Shown here piece after piece: positions 44,864 through 59,140 of a DNA stretch of 64,000 nucleotides. Below the pieces are notes generated by a model. The model made no database searches and had not been told where the DNA came from. It was given only the letters and a program-made list of their open reading frames with translations. The DNA comes from Eledone cirrhosa (lineage: Eukaryota): assembly GCA_964016885.1 (NCBI GenBank), contig OZ024743.1:336660001-336724000 (forward strand). Direction: 5' to 3'. Numbering within the stretch: position 1 is the first letter of the stretch; every line of letters begins with the position of its first letter. A program made the translations under genes and the position numbers.

Positions 44864-47800
44864 ATATGGGTGAAAAATAAATACAAAATATTAGTGAATA
44901 GACGAACACATCATGGCAAAACGTACAAGTCTCCTTCGACCAAATCGCAACTACAACCGTTGTACACAGTGGAGCTACGAGCTTAACAAAGTATTATATG
45001 AAGCATACAAACAATCTGAACCCCAAAAGTTCGGTTTTATGCAAAGGGTAAAAACTTTATGGAACTCCAAACACCCAGAATTAGACTTTTCTCCAAAGCA
45101 TTTAAATGAACAGGCAAAACGTATCATTAGATGTAAATTGATACATCTAACGGAATTGAGTGATACTACAAATACAGCCCTTGTAGACAATCACCCCACC
45201 TCCACTGACAGACAAAGAGAATGGCCAGCTAAATCTAACAGAAAACAGCTCACCAACAATTTTGCTGAAATCCATCCCACTTCCACTGAAGAACAGCGAT
45301 AATGGTCAGCTAACTCTAGTAGTAATTGTCACCACATCAACAACGAAGCTGAAATTCATGACTCTACTGTACAAGCAGAACACCAAAAACTTGTGGACAC
45401 CTTACAAGTGATATGGGACGATATGTTTCAAGAGATACACAGCCTTAATGTGAGTGACAGACCATACAACACCAGAATCAGTAAAGAACCCACTAAATTG
45501 GAATTGGAAGCGGTGAACGAAATAGCTGACAATTATCTGAAGGCTATACGATCTAAAGGTGGAGAGCCGACATTTGAAACGCTTAACATTTTGTTATATG
45601 TTTCAGCTGTCACATTGCTATCATATAACACACATCTAAAACCACGCAATCAAGATACAAACAAAAAGCCTGAACCAGCGTGGATGCGAAATTTAAAAAG
45701 CAAAATGTTGTCCCTGAGACGAAGTATCTCACACATCGCAGTCGTTATGAAATGCAACATAGAGAGCAACTTCACACGACACCAGGAAGACCTAAAAAAA
45801 AGTTAGAGAGACGATTTGGAGATACAAAATTTAAAACTTTAAACTCCAAATTACACCAGTTGAAACAACAACTCACATGTACAACAGAAAGACTAAAATA
45901 TAAGTCAACAGCACATTAACGACAAGTGCTAACTAGATTGTTTGCCAGAGATCCTAAATCAGTTTCCGGCAGCTTCGGTGGCAAAAGCTCAATCTCTGTA
46001 AATGAGACTCCTTCAAAAGAACAGGTTGAGAGCTACTGGAGATCTGTATGGGAAACGGATGACGGATTCAACAGACAAACTAATTGGCTAAAGGAACGGG
46101 AACAGGACTACTGCCAACATGTCCAGACAAAACAATATGACATAGATGGGTCAATACTGGAAACAGCACTACAGAAAATGTCGAATAGGAAATCACCATG
46201 GCCCAGACCTCATTACAGGATACTGGTTGAAGAATTTCACTTTCTATCGGCAAGATCTCATACGGCTGTTTACAGAAACCATTGAGGGCACACAGGAACT
46301 GCCCAGATGGTTATCAACTGCCACTACTCTCCTCATTCCCCAAAATAGCCAAACCACCCTTTCTAAAAATTACCGCCCAATAGCCTTCCAAAACATCATG
46401 TATAAATTATATACTGGGTGCCTTAACCTGTTCTTACAGGATCACTGTGCTACCAACAACATCATAATACCCGAGCAAGCTGGTGGAAAGAGGGAGGTGT
46501 GGGGTTGCATAGATCACCTACTAACTAATAAAATGATTCAAGAAAAAACAACAAAGAATCGCAGAAACATGACTGTGGTGTGGCTGGACTATCAAAAAGC
46601 ATTTGATAGTGTACCTCATGGGTGGATTGTTAAGGCTTTACAATTAGCCAAAGTCCCACAACCACTGGTAGCTGCTGTTGAACGTCTGACCAAGAACTGG
46701 TACACCAATTTGATCCTTAGATGTGAGAAGGAGCAAGTTAAGACTGATAAGATACATTACCAGACGGGCATCTTTCAGGGTGATAGCTTGTCAGTGCTAC
46801 TCTTCGTTCTCTCACCAAATCCACTATCTTACCTACTCAGGAAACAAGGTGGACAAAGAAGTGAGTCCAGAAGTATCTCCCATCTTTTCTTAGTTGATGA
46901 CCTGAAGTTGTATGGGCCAACTATCAATGACATCAAGAAACAATTGGACCTCATTACACAATTTTCAACAGACATCAAAATGAAATTTGGTGAGTCCAAG
47001 TGTGCATATTTGGCAGTAAAACGTGGAAGAGCTGTGTCCTTCTCTAGAAATCTAGAGATGAACGGCCTGACAATACAACCTCTACAGTCAGGTGACAACT
47101 ACAGATATCTTGGACAGGATGAGAATGTCAGATATGATGGACCCATAAATGAGGAGAGAACCAGAACTGAATACCTCAGAAGAGTAAAGAAAATATGGTC
47201 ATCAGAACTGTCAGCGTACAACAAATACATTGCCCACAATAGTTATGCTGTGCCAATTCTAACGCCAACATTTGGCCTGCTGAACTGGTCATTGCAAGAA
47301 CTAAGTGAGATGGATGTTAGAACTCGCAAACTTCTCAGTGTTACTGGGAACTTTAACATCAATGGTGATGTGGATAGGCTATACTTCTCACGCAAGGAAG
47401 GTGGCCGGGGTCTAAAATCCATATTAACATCATATAAGACCCGGATAGTAACACTGAAGCAACACCTGCAACAGAGGAAAAAGGTTGACAACCATCTTGC
47501 TCAGGTTTATGAGCATCAAAAAAAATATATCATTAGAATAGCGACTGATCTGGAGGAGAGATATGGAATAAAGCCTGATATAAATCTCTCACCCAGAGAA
47601 ATCGGAAGATCCTATTCAATGTTCAAACAAGATGAAAAAATTGACCAATTTACAGAAAAAGTTGTGCATGGATACTTGAGACGTAAAACACAGACCATAG
47701 AGGGGATAAACCACTCAAAAAGCCTGGCATGGAGTTCCGACAAGGGATATCTCTATGCAATACAGGAATAAGAACTCCCTACCAAATATCTGCTGCACAA

Positions 47801-48147
47801 AAGGGGAGGGCCATCAGCTGACAATAAATGTAGGCTATGTAAAACAAAGATCTCGCTACTACCTCCCCATGAGACACGATGGGATAGCTAGAACCATCTG
47901 GAACGCACTTCGGAAAACAAAATTAACAACAAACGGGGAAGAATATATTGAGACAGATGGCACCAAGGAATACTGGTGGAACCTGAAAATAAAAACTGCC
48001 ACCAAATTAAAGCACAACCAGCCTGATATTGTTGTTTGGGACCACACATTAAAAACTCGTTCTGTTGTGGAGATCAGCTGCCCACTTGATGTAAACGTTG
48101 TCAGAAAAATACAGGAGAAGGAGGACATCTACGGACCATTGATGATT
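44858..48147 (+). mobile_element. Decayed R4/Dong-like element of a further family, 3' end lost
   Basis: Dong-like N-terminus (WSYELN..LYEAY..SEP..GFMQRVK.LW), QGDSLS, LVDD, RHD, QPDIVVWD..VEISCP. Multiple stops and frameshifts. Confidence 0.88.
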
Positions 48148-48574
48148 ACGTAGATGAATTTAATTGCCAGCTTTTTACAGCTTTTGATTCGGTCACATAG
48201 ATTAAATATAAACTGAGGTAAAGAGGTCTCAAAATGTTGACCTTTCCTAGCTGCACACTTAATGCTAGCTCCTTCTGAAGCAGTTTCTTGAAAAAGTGGT
48301 ACACTATTAGATATTCTGGCTTGCTATTTTTTCCTATCCAATGCCATGATCTCCCAGCGAGGCTCAATTTGGCACTGTGTTAAGCAATCTTCCAAACAGT
48401 CCTTGAAAAGCAGCTTTGGTTTGTGTTCTGGTCTTGCACCAAGTATTTCCTTGGATTCGATCGACAAGATCCCAGACCTCATTCGCTTACTGAGTGGGGT
48501 GGCCCACGTCAAATCGGACCAAGGAAACAATGTTTCCATTGGTCTTTCCATTACTGATACTACCTACCGGTCAC

Positions 48575-48704
48575 AACTCCTGGCAGAAGGAGCAACATGA
48601 AATAAAGTGTCTTGCTCAAGGATACACACATCACTCGGTCCGAGAATTGAAATTCGCAATCTCACAATTGCGAATTCGATTCTCTAACCACTAAGCCACG
48701 CGCC
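48575..48704 (-). mobile_element. tRNA-derived CORE-type SINE fragment
   Basis: Minus strand: ggcgcgtggcttagtggttag (A box) ... ccttgagcaagacacttt (CORE-like). Confidence 0.7.
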
Positions 48705-49538
48705 TTCACGTATTAATTCCCCATAAATGGTTGCTATTGGATTCTGCTGTCGTCAGCCCGAACAACATGGCCTTCCTACTGGAGTCGATGCTTGTGAATA
48801 TGATCTTCATTACTGAATGCCCCAGCAGTTTATAATATTTTAGCGTATGCTGTGTATGGACTCTAGAAAACCTCGTGAATGAAAACCACGCAGGCAACGT
48901 TGGTGAAACAGTTCGAAGAGTTTAATGTGCCTGCGATAGACAATCTATGTCTCGCAGGTTTATAAGAGAATAGACAGAACACGTGAATTGTATACTACAA
49001 TTGCGACTCATAATTTCCCTCTGACCCTACGACTTGCGAAAGAAACGGTAGCTTTTTTATACGGGAAGCAATTTCATCATCTAATGAGTAGTACTGATTA
49101 ATTATACTTCCTCAATATGGAAACCTATGGACTACTTTGAGTTTTTTACCTTCTACAGAAATAGATGGTTCTATATAAGGAACACAGAACTGGTTCAAAC
49201 ATTATTACAATTTCAATTTTATCGAAAGGCTAACATTTACCCTGAAAGCTTTACATGAAGGAGAACATGAATTTAGCGAATCTGATCACAGTCATCAATG
49301 TTAAGAAGGTCACCAATGCGAGATTGGAGAACTTTCATCTTTTCAGTAAAGTGCCTGATGTGGAAAAGTTTTCCTAATGAGTGATACCTGATGAAGATGC
49401 ATTCATTACACCCCTAAATGTTTCAATGAAAACAACAGAGAAATAGATTGAAAAAAGAGGAATCATGAGATCACATTGCTTAATATCATTTTAAACTTTG
49501 ATTGGCTCTGAAAGGATTCCACCAATACTTAGCCAAGC

Positions 49539-49556
49539 ATCTATCTATCTATCGAT

Positions 49557-49615
<59 letters not shown>

Positions 49616-51598
49616 GAGCGGGTAAAATTCTCGAGATCCATGGACGAGTTCTCTCCAGAGTTCTCTGTCCCTCATCATCGCTGCCATGTCCTGCGTCTCC
49701 AACAGACCAGTGCCAACCTCGGTCTCCCCCTTCTAGTGTGTCCGTTCAGGGGTTCCCACAGAAGCACTGAATCCAGTGTCAACTCTGGATGCCGGTGAGC
49801 ATGTCCAACTAACCCCAGTCTTCTCTGTGCTACTTTTGAGCTGACTTTTCGGAGGCTCCCGTACAGCTCTGAGTTCTTCATCCTTAGTGTATACTGATTA
49901 ATATTCAGAGCCATCCTCAGCATTCTCGTGTAGCACCCACCCACCATCTGAGTGAGATTCTTGGTACGTTTTCAAGTCTCAGACCCGTACAGCAGCACGG
50001 ACTCCACTGTAGCAACGAAGAGACTGATCTTCAGGTTTTTCACGAAGGTCCGACTTCCACACCGGTCTCAAGCTGTGGCACGCCGCCCAGGCTTTGCTCT
50101 TCCTCTCAACCACATCATCTTCCGTATTCCTAATCTTTGCTCCAAAATACAGGAAGTCCTCAACCAATTCTAGCGGCTTCCCGCCTACATTAGGGATCCC
50201 CTCTGGCTTCTCAACATTCTCTACCAGATATTTTCTTTTAGTCTCATTCATTCTCATCCCCACATTTATCGACACAGTCTCAATCTCCTGCATCAAATCC
50301 TCTGCCTCCTTCACTGTATTTGTCACCAAAACTATGTCGTCGGCAAATTCAGCATCTGATATCTTTTTCGCCTTAACTCTCCTGCTCTGAGCCGATGCTA
50401 CAGTAAAGCCAGAGTCCTGGTGTTTCTCCACTGCAAGGCGCATACAATAGTCCACTACGATGATAAAAAGGTAGGGAGCCAATGTATCTCCCTGGAGCAC
50501 TCCAGCCAGTATCTCAAAGAACTCTGCCATCCCATCAGGTGTAATGACTTGGGCTTTGGTGTTGGTGTAGAGCAGTGATATCAGGTCCACTATCTTCTTG
50601 GGGATTCCATAAGCCTGTAAGATCTTCATTAGGCAGAATCAAAGGCCTTCCTAAAGTCAATGAAAACCATGACCACAGGAAGGCACTTCACTCTAGCCCC
50701 CTCTAATATTCTCCTCAGCATCAGGATGTGACTAGTGGTTGATCTTCCCTCTTTGAAGCCGTTCTGGTTGTCCCTGAGCTTTTTCTTCATCTCGGGCTGG
50801 ATCCTGTTAAGAATCATCCTGTTGAGGGTCTTTGCCACAAGTGACGTCAGTGAGATCCCCCTGTAGTTGTTGGTGTTAGAGAGATCTCCCTTCTTTGGCA
50901 CTGGGACGATGTTACTGATCCTCCACTGATTCGGGGCAACTCCTTTCTCCAGTGCCTGGTTACAGAACCCCAGGATGATATCATCAAAATCACACCGCTT
51001 CATCACCTCTGATGCCACTCCATCTTCTCCATGAGCCTTGCCCTCCTTGATCTTTTCTTGGCTCTCTGAAGCTCCTTTCTTGCGAAGGGTCCTATCTTAA
51101 TATCCAGTTCCTCAAACAGCCGCCTGATCTCCCCAGTGTTCTGGGCTGTGGAGGGCGGCTTTCCTAGTAGGGTCCTAAAATGGTCCAGCCATTTCCTCTT
51201 CCTATCCTGGGGCTCTGTTCCCTGGATCTCACTCGAACCCCTTCTCTTCCTCCCTGTGATCTCACTGATGATCATCCAGCTCTCCTTACATCCAGACCTG
51301 TCAACCGCTCTCTCCACACTTCTGATCTTATCTATCAGCGCCTCCTCTCTTGCCTCAGTGTAAGCGGTACAGAGTTCTTCCCTCATTACCTTCATATTCT
51401 CCTTCCTCTCCTCCGTAGGATCAGCATAGAATTGATCCTTGGCAGCTTTCAGGTGTTCTCTGGCTGCACGCACTTTTGGGTCTGCAGAGCTGATGTGCTT
51501 TCTCTTCTTCTCTCTCCTCGGCACCAGAGTCTCACTTGCTTCCGCCACTGAATTGTTGAAGTATCTGTACCTCCTCGTCACACTCTCCTCAGTCCCTC

Positions 51599-51689
<91 letters not shown>

Positions 51690-52275
51690 CACTCTCCACA
51701 CAAAACACTGAACCTGTTCCTCACTTCTATTTGAAAGCTTTCCAGTCATAGATTGCCTTACTCTTTCTTAAGCTCACCCGGACCTCAATCATAACAAGCC
51801 GGTGGTCACTGCCCAGTGTACTGAAATAGTTGTATGGTTCTGCGTTCAGAACACTATTTCGCCAATTTTTCCTCACCAGAATGAAATCAATCTGGGACTT
51901 GAACAGGTGCATATCAGAGATGTAGGTCCACATCTTCCTCGGATTCTTCCTAAATCTTAGGTTGGTTGCCATCAAGTTCGCCTCCAGCAGGGTGCCTCTC
52001 AGTAGACTTCTACTTCGGTTGGTGTTGTTATGGAAGTACCAGCAAGGACCTTCACTGCTATCCTTACTCAAATGTGCATTGAAGTCCCCCAGAACAAGCA
52101 GGATGTTATGAGCTTTTGTGGTGTTGACAGCTCTACACACCTCCTCATGGAACTCCTCCGCATTCACATCACTGTCTCCATCGGTTGAACTATAGGCTAA
52201 GATGACTGTCAGTCTTGGGTTTCCATTGAAGGTCCCCCCTCAACACTCGCAGGGAGACAGGTATGATTTCCCTCC
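49539..52275 (-). mobile_element. Decayed RTE-like LINE (APE + RT) with (AGAT)n 3' tail and internal (GA)n expansion
   Basis: LGDFNAH, SQIDFILV, SDHR (51727..52167); NYRGISL, DFRKAFDS, QGDTLAP, FADD. (ATCT)n at 49539-49614 and (CT)n at 51602-51688. Confidence 0.88.
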
Positions 52276-52484
52276 CCAATAGATTGGTTTTTGAATGTGT
52301 AGTGTTATCATATTGGATCTTGGTTCAAAACTAATTTCATTAAATTTTAGAATTCCTTTGAACTCTCTGAGTCAGCTGCTGTCTGTGTATCATAAGCAAG
52401 TTTTGACCAACAACTCTCTTGCATGTGACACAATTTTCGCCGGGAACCAAACTTAGCTTTTTAAAGACTTTCTTCTAGTTAATG

Positions 52485-52619
<135 letters not shown>

Positions 52620-52799
52620 AACGTTTGAATTTGTAAAGCCAAACAATGCAGGTATGGACATTGAATAAAAATGCAAATGCAAAAGATATTGTTGACAATT
52701 AGTCTTTTACCCTAGATTTATTTAAATGTCCTTAATTTTCGAGATAATATCTCTTCTTCGGAGGGAAGTAAAGCGGTTAAACCAGTGTTCTAAATAGCT

Positions 52800-54030
52800 T
52801 GCCAAGTCATGCTGATAGGAATGTCAGCATGACTTGGAAATCGAAAGCCCCAATAGAGAGGAGGCGCCACAAATGGGTTGTTTAATACCCCGTCGATAGA
52901 ACAACCCTCAACTTCAGGAGCGTGTTGTGCAAGTTCTCCTTTCTTCCTTTTGCTCTCTCCTTTAACCTACAGGCTTATAAACAGAGAAGGCCCAATCACC
53001 CACCTTTCAATAAATTTACTGGGGTGCAGTGCCTCTCTCTCCACTCTGATTCTCCCTCTAAAGTGATTCTTTAAGATTTGTTGTCCGGAGAGAAAGGCAT
53101 CTGTCCTCAGTCCTCTCAATCTGGTTCACCATATAACCTATTTCACCAGAGTCACTGTACAGAGGAGAACCGCCTCTATTTCGTTTTTGAAAGAGGCTGG
53201 CGGTTTGATCCTTACTATGGACTCGGCAGTCAACTGGATTTGTCCCATACGCGAAAACAGTTGTTCTGCATATTTCCACAGGTCGCTTACGCCCGGGCTG
53301 TGTACAATTGCGTGCAAGACGGTTTCAATGTCCTGCTCGCATCTTGGACACGTCCTCTTGGAAGGATCCCTGCCGGGGCGCCCGTGCCTGTAGATCTTAT
53401 CTCGAACGGGTAGAGCTCCTTGGTAGCACTGCCAGGTCAGGGACCTCTGGAAGTTGTAAATAGGTACCGGGCGGAAAATCCTACGGAACAGACTGGTGAG
53501 CTCGTCATCTTCGACGCATAGAGTCTCCCCGAGCACATCGTCGCACTTGTAAAGTACTATCCCTCTATAGAATCTCGAACTGGAGTCTCCACTGGTTGCT
53601 GTGCCCGCTTTATAGGGGACTGTGAGCGCCTGGGCGCATTCAATGTGCCAGGCGCCCATCTTCTTCGGTCTTCGCTTGACCAAGGACTGCAGCTCCGTCA
53701 GCGAGACAAGTTGTGGGAAGACCTGTCTCACAAACGGTGCCCACACTGGTCGGTCGGTGAGGGATACCTGGAGATGTCGTAGCCTCAGCGCACGTTTGCG
53801 CATCATTAGCCACGGCATGCCCATCCCTCCGTTGGAAGGGTCTTGACAGCAGACGGATCTCCTGAACAGTGGAGCCTTCTTCTTCCACAGGAACTGGAAG
53901 AGCATGCGTTCTATCTTGGTGAGGTATTCACGGGGACAAGGCACGACAGTCAAGCGGTAGTAGATGACGGACGCTATGAAAGTGTTCGCCACCTCCGCTC
54001 GACATTTCAAAGACATTTCAAAGACATTTC
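52800..54030 (-). mobile_element. 3' fragment of a diverged Tx1-like family
   Basis: ORF 53138..54016 is homologous to the ORF2 C-terminus (RAEVAN..IASVIYYRLTVVPCP, WQCY.GALPVRDK, CPRC..ETVLHA). (CT)n at its 5' junction. Confidence 0.9.
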
Positions 54031-54039
54031 TCTATCCAT

Positions 54040-54130
<91 letters not shown>

Positions 54131-54414
54131 CCTAGATCACCTCCCTCCCTCTGCCCTCTGGAGCAATAAATAATTCCAACCTTGACTATAAACGCATCGC
54201 TTAAGGTGGTCACTTTAAGAGTAACCAGTATAATAAAACCCCTACCACAACATTTTGATTAAGATATCTACAAACCAGTCTCTCCCATTTCTCCAACCCC
54301 TGCATATCTCTCTCTCTCTCTCTCTCTCCCTTTCCCCTTCTTTTCTCTCTTCTTTTTCTACTCCATCTTCCCCAATAACCTCACTTAAGGGCATTTACAT
54401 TGTACATGTTAACC

Positions 54415-54538
54415 ATTCTGCTCTGACGATACAGTGGTCACAGTATTTGATAATTGAGTTTTGAAAATAGTTATAAATTTGCACATAGCATAACTAGGCT
54501 GTATAACCACCGTGGAAACATGTGTAAGCACACAGAAT
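54415..54538 (+). ncRNA. Hammerhead motif with extended stem II
   Basis: TGCT-CTGACGA-TAC.GTGGT...ACCAC.GTG-GAA-ACATGTGT-A-AGCA, with outer ATTCTG/CAGAAT. Confidence 0.6.
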
Positions 54539-54993
54539 AAATTACCTTTTTATGATGTCTACCTGTTATTATTCATTCTTTATCTACACTCCGGAATACA
54601 GAAGGATCAGGAACTAAGTTTCTTCAACAATTCTTCCATAACTCGTTGAGCAACCTCTCATCGTACGTCAACTCTATCCAGTGTAGTAATTAACCCTTAC
54701 TGCATCCAGGATAATCCCATACCTAATATATATATACACACCCTTAGTAAGATATAAGCATGTAATAGTTTTTTTCTGACCAATCTAATTACGCTATTTT
54801 TAAAAAACCAATGAAGCGTCTAATTTAACTGTCCTTATTATTTATTTATTTATTTATTTGTTTATTTTTATATTTCCCAATATCTTTACATCCTAGGAAA
54901 TTTTGAGATTTTGAATCACATACCCGTTTCAAACTGGTCGCATGCGGTTTTTTTTGCGAGTATGTGACATAACATTCTAAACATCTAATATTG

Positions 54994-55053
54994 TATTTTG
55001 TCTGAAGAAGGTATGCTATGATTTAGCATCCCTGAAATATATATAACGGAATA
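54994..55053 (+). ncRNA. Type I hammerhead ribozyme
   Basis: TATTTTGT-CTGAAGA-AGG.ATGCTA(TGATT)TAGCAT.CCT-GAA-ATATATAT-A-ACGGAATA. Confidence 0.85.
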
Positions 55054-55231
55054 AATAATGATGCCATAGTTATATATATTCCGTTTATTACTATTATTAT
55101 CATAATACTCCAGATTTTAACTGTCGAGTGCTTCGTATCTGTTATGAACATAATTCTGTTGATTACATATCAACAATTCTCTAACTCATTGATTATATAT
55201 ATATATTTATACACACAGACACCCTCCCCCC

Positions 55232-55302
<71 letters not shown>

Positions 55303-55321
55303 ACATAAGGACTCTCAAACC

Positions 55322-56413
55322 ATGAGTGTGAAACCTACCAACATAATCACACATAGTATGGCCACAAAGCCTAACCAAATTAGAGGCAAGAATAATAGTA
55401 AGAACCCTAATGGCGGTAACCTAGCTAAATGTAAACCACGTAAAGACGATACTAGAGTCCCCCACCACAACTCTAAAACAGTAAATGATCACGCCATGAA
55501 TAGAAACCATCCGGGCTTAAGCAAAACGGACAACGCCACTAACGTTAATAACGGAACCCTACAAAATAGTACGCACAGTAGCGAGACTCACCCCACAGAT
55601 AAGAAAAATAGAAGAAGGAAAAACATGTATTTTAACCCACCTTTTAACTCTGAGGTCCTCACTAACCTCCCTAGAGTATTCTTCTCATTATTGGAAAAAA
55701 ACTTCCCACCAGGCAATAGATACCGCAACATAATTAACAAAAACGTAATTAAATTATCCTATTCGACCACACCTAACCTCGCATCACACCTAGCACGTAC
55801 GAACATTAGGAAAACTAAGGAGGGATTCGAAGCAATTAAAATGGCAGTTAACCACCAGCAACCGACTACACTAGAAAATGGGCAACATAATAGCATCAAT
55901 GAGCCATCTAATGATATAGAGGCACCTAGTGATAATGCTAGTAACCAAACTTCGGGAGGTAAGCTAACTAATCGAACCGGCAGTTGCAATTGTAGGCGGA
56001 GTAGTAACTGTCCCCTAAGGGGGGATTGCCTCATGAAAAACATAGTATATGCATGTGACGTAACCACACACAACTCTACCAAAACATATATAGGAGCAAC
56101 GTCCAATACATTTAAAACTAGATTTAACGCGCATATGTACACATTTAGACACGACAGACATAAGAATGCCACCTCACTGGCGGGATACATCTCCTTCTTA
56201 AAAAATAATAGTACCCCATACAAACTTTTTTGGAGGAAGCTTACTAGATCCACGCCATACCGACCGCAGAGCGGAAGTTGTGACCTGTGTTTACTGGAAT
56301 GCCATGCCATAATACACTCTAAACTGAACCTGCTTAACAGGAAATCGGAAATTTTCTCCTCATGCCAACACAAAATCCTGAGTTCCTTCTTCTATTTTAA
56401 ACCTAGCACATAG
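55322..56413 (+). mobile_element. Penelope-like element, 3' coding part (linker + GIY-YIG), uninterrupted 363 aa, 5'-truncated at (TA)n
   Basis: YFNPPFN, KLSYSTTPNL, CNCRRSSNCPLRGDC, IVY..YIG..RF..H, CDLC..E, LLNRKSE...CQH. Confidence 0.92.
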
Positions 56414-56529
56414 ACGTAACATATATCACGCAACCCCCACCTAGACTATAGTTCCCCCCCCCAACCCGTAACCTAGATAGATAGGTACCATAAGGGTGGT
56501 GCAGTCCCCTACAAGGTTGGTGCTCTTGC

Positions 56530-56852
56530 GTGTGTGTGTGTGTGTGTATTCTCCTTTTATCTCTCACACTCACGCACACGCAGACATATGTGTGGGTGTG
56601 CGTGCGTGTGTGCATGCATGCACGCATGTGTGCGTGCATTGTATGTATGTATATTGTGTGTATATGTATGTATATATATGTATGTGTATATATATGTATA
56701 TACATGTGTGTGTGTGTATATGTATATTGTATGCATGCGTATTATATTGTGTGTATGTGTATGTGTGACATGTATGTGAATATATGTATGTATGCGTATG
56801 AGTGTGTATGTGTAAGTGTATAATGTGTGTATGTATGTGTATATGTATGTAT
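56530..56852. repeat. Degenerate (TG/TA)n microsatellite region
   Basis: Direct reading. Confidence 0.9.
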
Positions 56853-57194
56853 ACTCTTCTGTAGAAATTCTCTCTATGTGTGCTGTGTGGCATTAATTCC
56901 TCCTATAATACTCTTCTCTGAGAGGAGCACGATATGCAGAGTAACACATATGTATTGTCGAAGTTGAAACTGAGAACCACCACCCCTCCTGCTGACCTGG
57001 ATGTTTACTGAGGAACAGAACACCATTCTCCGCAATATAAGAGCGAAATGCGCTTGCCGGACTATTGATGACCATAACATCACATTCCAATGTAGTGGCA
57101 AAATACAGTGAATGACATGCACGACCAGAACACCACAGCATGCATATCCAAACAGCACAGATATGATATCAATGGGGGAATCAACTGAAATTTT

Positions 57195-57476
57195 TTGAGT
57201 TGAAATACATGTGGATATGTGTCTGTGTGTATCGAACACACGAACACATAAGGAGGCTCTTGACCTAAATATACCTGTCATGCCTGTCTGAATTCCTAAG
57301 GGAACTGTCGGCCAGTTACTGTCTTGACCGATTGTAGTACCACTAGGTGAATCATTTGAGTTTCTTGGGTTGAAATACATATAGATATGTGTCTGTGTGT
57401 GTCGGACACACGCACACACATAAAAAAGCTGTCATGCCTGCCTGAATTTTCGGTCAGTTGCTGACTTGACCGATTA
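57195..57476. repeat. Diverged tandem duplication (~57195-57333 and ~57365-57476)
   Basis: gttgaaatacat..gatatgtgtctgtgtgt..ctgtcatgcctg.ctgaatt..cttgaccgatt occurs twice. Confidence 0.8.
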
Positions 57477-58340
57477 ACCCCACAATTACTACGTAGCGGT
57501 TCTTGCACGTGACTACTGGACCCGGATGAAACGAAGACGAAGAATTTCCTTGCGTACCGTTTTGTACCACAGATGCGATCTCACCCTGCTTCGTTAATGT
57601 CCTATCGACACCAAAGTTCAACGTTTGGGCGAATAGATTTGAATCCAACCACCAACATAGCTGGATGACCGATAATCACACCAAACCGGAGTACTGTGAT
57701 CCTTGTGACTTCCAAATATACAACCACTGACACTGTTACGAAGACCAGAAAACCATACGCCATATATTGAACCAATTGATTGATTTGTGCGACCAAAATA
57801 ACACCAAACACATATTGAACTAGGAATATTGGATCCTCGGTCAATGTCCGGGTGAGCAAAAATTGATTTCTATCTGCATTGGAATTTACAAACTTGTGCA
57901 TCTGCTGTGGTGTCAAAAACAAACGCACATGACCGCACATATAAACAATGGACCATGCCACGTGGCTTGAACCCGTAAGTGAATCGAAGGTTCTGCAACT
58001 CTGATACACATATTGTTTATTATTTATTATTAAGATGTATAAACTGGACATAACTATTATCATCTTATATTCTCTCAACGAATCACACTTGATCATATTT
58101 CTCTATCCTGTTTTCTCCCCCCATAATTATTATATTTTTATTATTGTTTGAAAAAAATCGGTTTTTTTACATTGTGTTTTCCCCTCCAAATATTCGCTTA
58201 TATTTCCTTATATATTCTCTATATATATTTTTTATCTTTATTATTATTTCCACTTTTATCCTCCTTTATATTTTACCTTATTCTTACCTTTATACTTTAT
58301 TATAGTGTAATCTTCCCCATGCCTTATTATACACTATTAA

Positions 58341-58517
58341 TTGGCAGTATCGGTAGATGGTTGGACGCCATGCTTTCTAGCATAGTTACGTCCCTTTACA
58401 GTCTGAGTTCAAATCCCGCCGAGGTTAACTTTGCCTTTCATCCTTACGGGGTCGATAAAATAAAGTACCAGTAATGTACTGGGTAGTTGCTGGCCTTGTG
58501 CCTAAAGTAGAAACAAT
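58341..58517 (+). mobile_element. tRNA-derived SINE, same family as the 43-44 kb cluster
   Basis: A box tggcagtatcgg, B box gagttcaaatccc, central gcctttcatccttacggggtcgataaaataaagtacc, AT-rich tail. Confidence 0.88.
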
Positions 58518-58851
58518 TAATTATAGATTATTATTATTACTCTTTTTCCATTTCTAATTACCTCATGTACCTTCTCCGCTATATGTATATATGTATCCTA
58601 CGCCCTTTGTGTTTGTGTAGCCTCTGCGCACCCTCTGCACCATACTATCGACGCCACCCCATCTATGGTTCAGCTAACCACCCGACCCCCGGGAATGAAT
58701 ATGACCGCAGCTAGTAAACAAGGACCAACACCCCACCCTCCCGCACCAAAATTAGATTATCGTCCCCTACTTTTGCTCTTTACTCTCTTTACTCTTTGTT
58801 CTTGGGTGTTTGGTTGGTAGAGTCCATAACACCAATCAAACCCCTTTTATA

Positions 58852-58898
58852 GCTCTGATGATTCCTACGGTTACACGTAAGGAAGAAACATTGTTAGC
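58852..58898 (+). ncRNA. Type I hammerhead ribozyme
   Basis: GCT-CTGATGA-TTCCTACG(GTTACA)CGT.AGGAA-GAA-ACATTGT-T-AGC, followed by (TA)n. Confidence 0.75.
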
Positions 58899-59032
58899 CA
58901 ATAACATTTTTTTGATGTTGTAGACGCTCTTGTGTTCTTTTTCATATATACATACATATATACATATATATATATACATACATATATATATATACATTTT
59001 TTTAAATATTTATATATATATATATACGTATG

Positions 59033-59086
<54 letters not shown>

Positions 59087-59140
59087 TATATATATATATT
59101 TTTTTTTTTAAATACTATATATATATATATATATATATAT

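Noticed and set aside
49159-49258. Possible terminal exon after ttttaccttctacag
   Set aside because: Only ~32 open codons with no recognisable content; too weak to call.
49385-49440. CTGATGAAG motif
   Set aside because: No convincing stem II or stem I pairing.
57610-57700. Minus-strand peptide VWCDY...GGWIQI resembling a fibrinogen-related domain
   Set aside because: Stop codon follows within a few codons and no other domain motifs are present.
58341-58420. tRNA gene
   Set aside because: The A and B boxes belong to a multi-copy SINE head; there is no cloverleaf.
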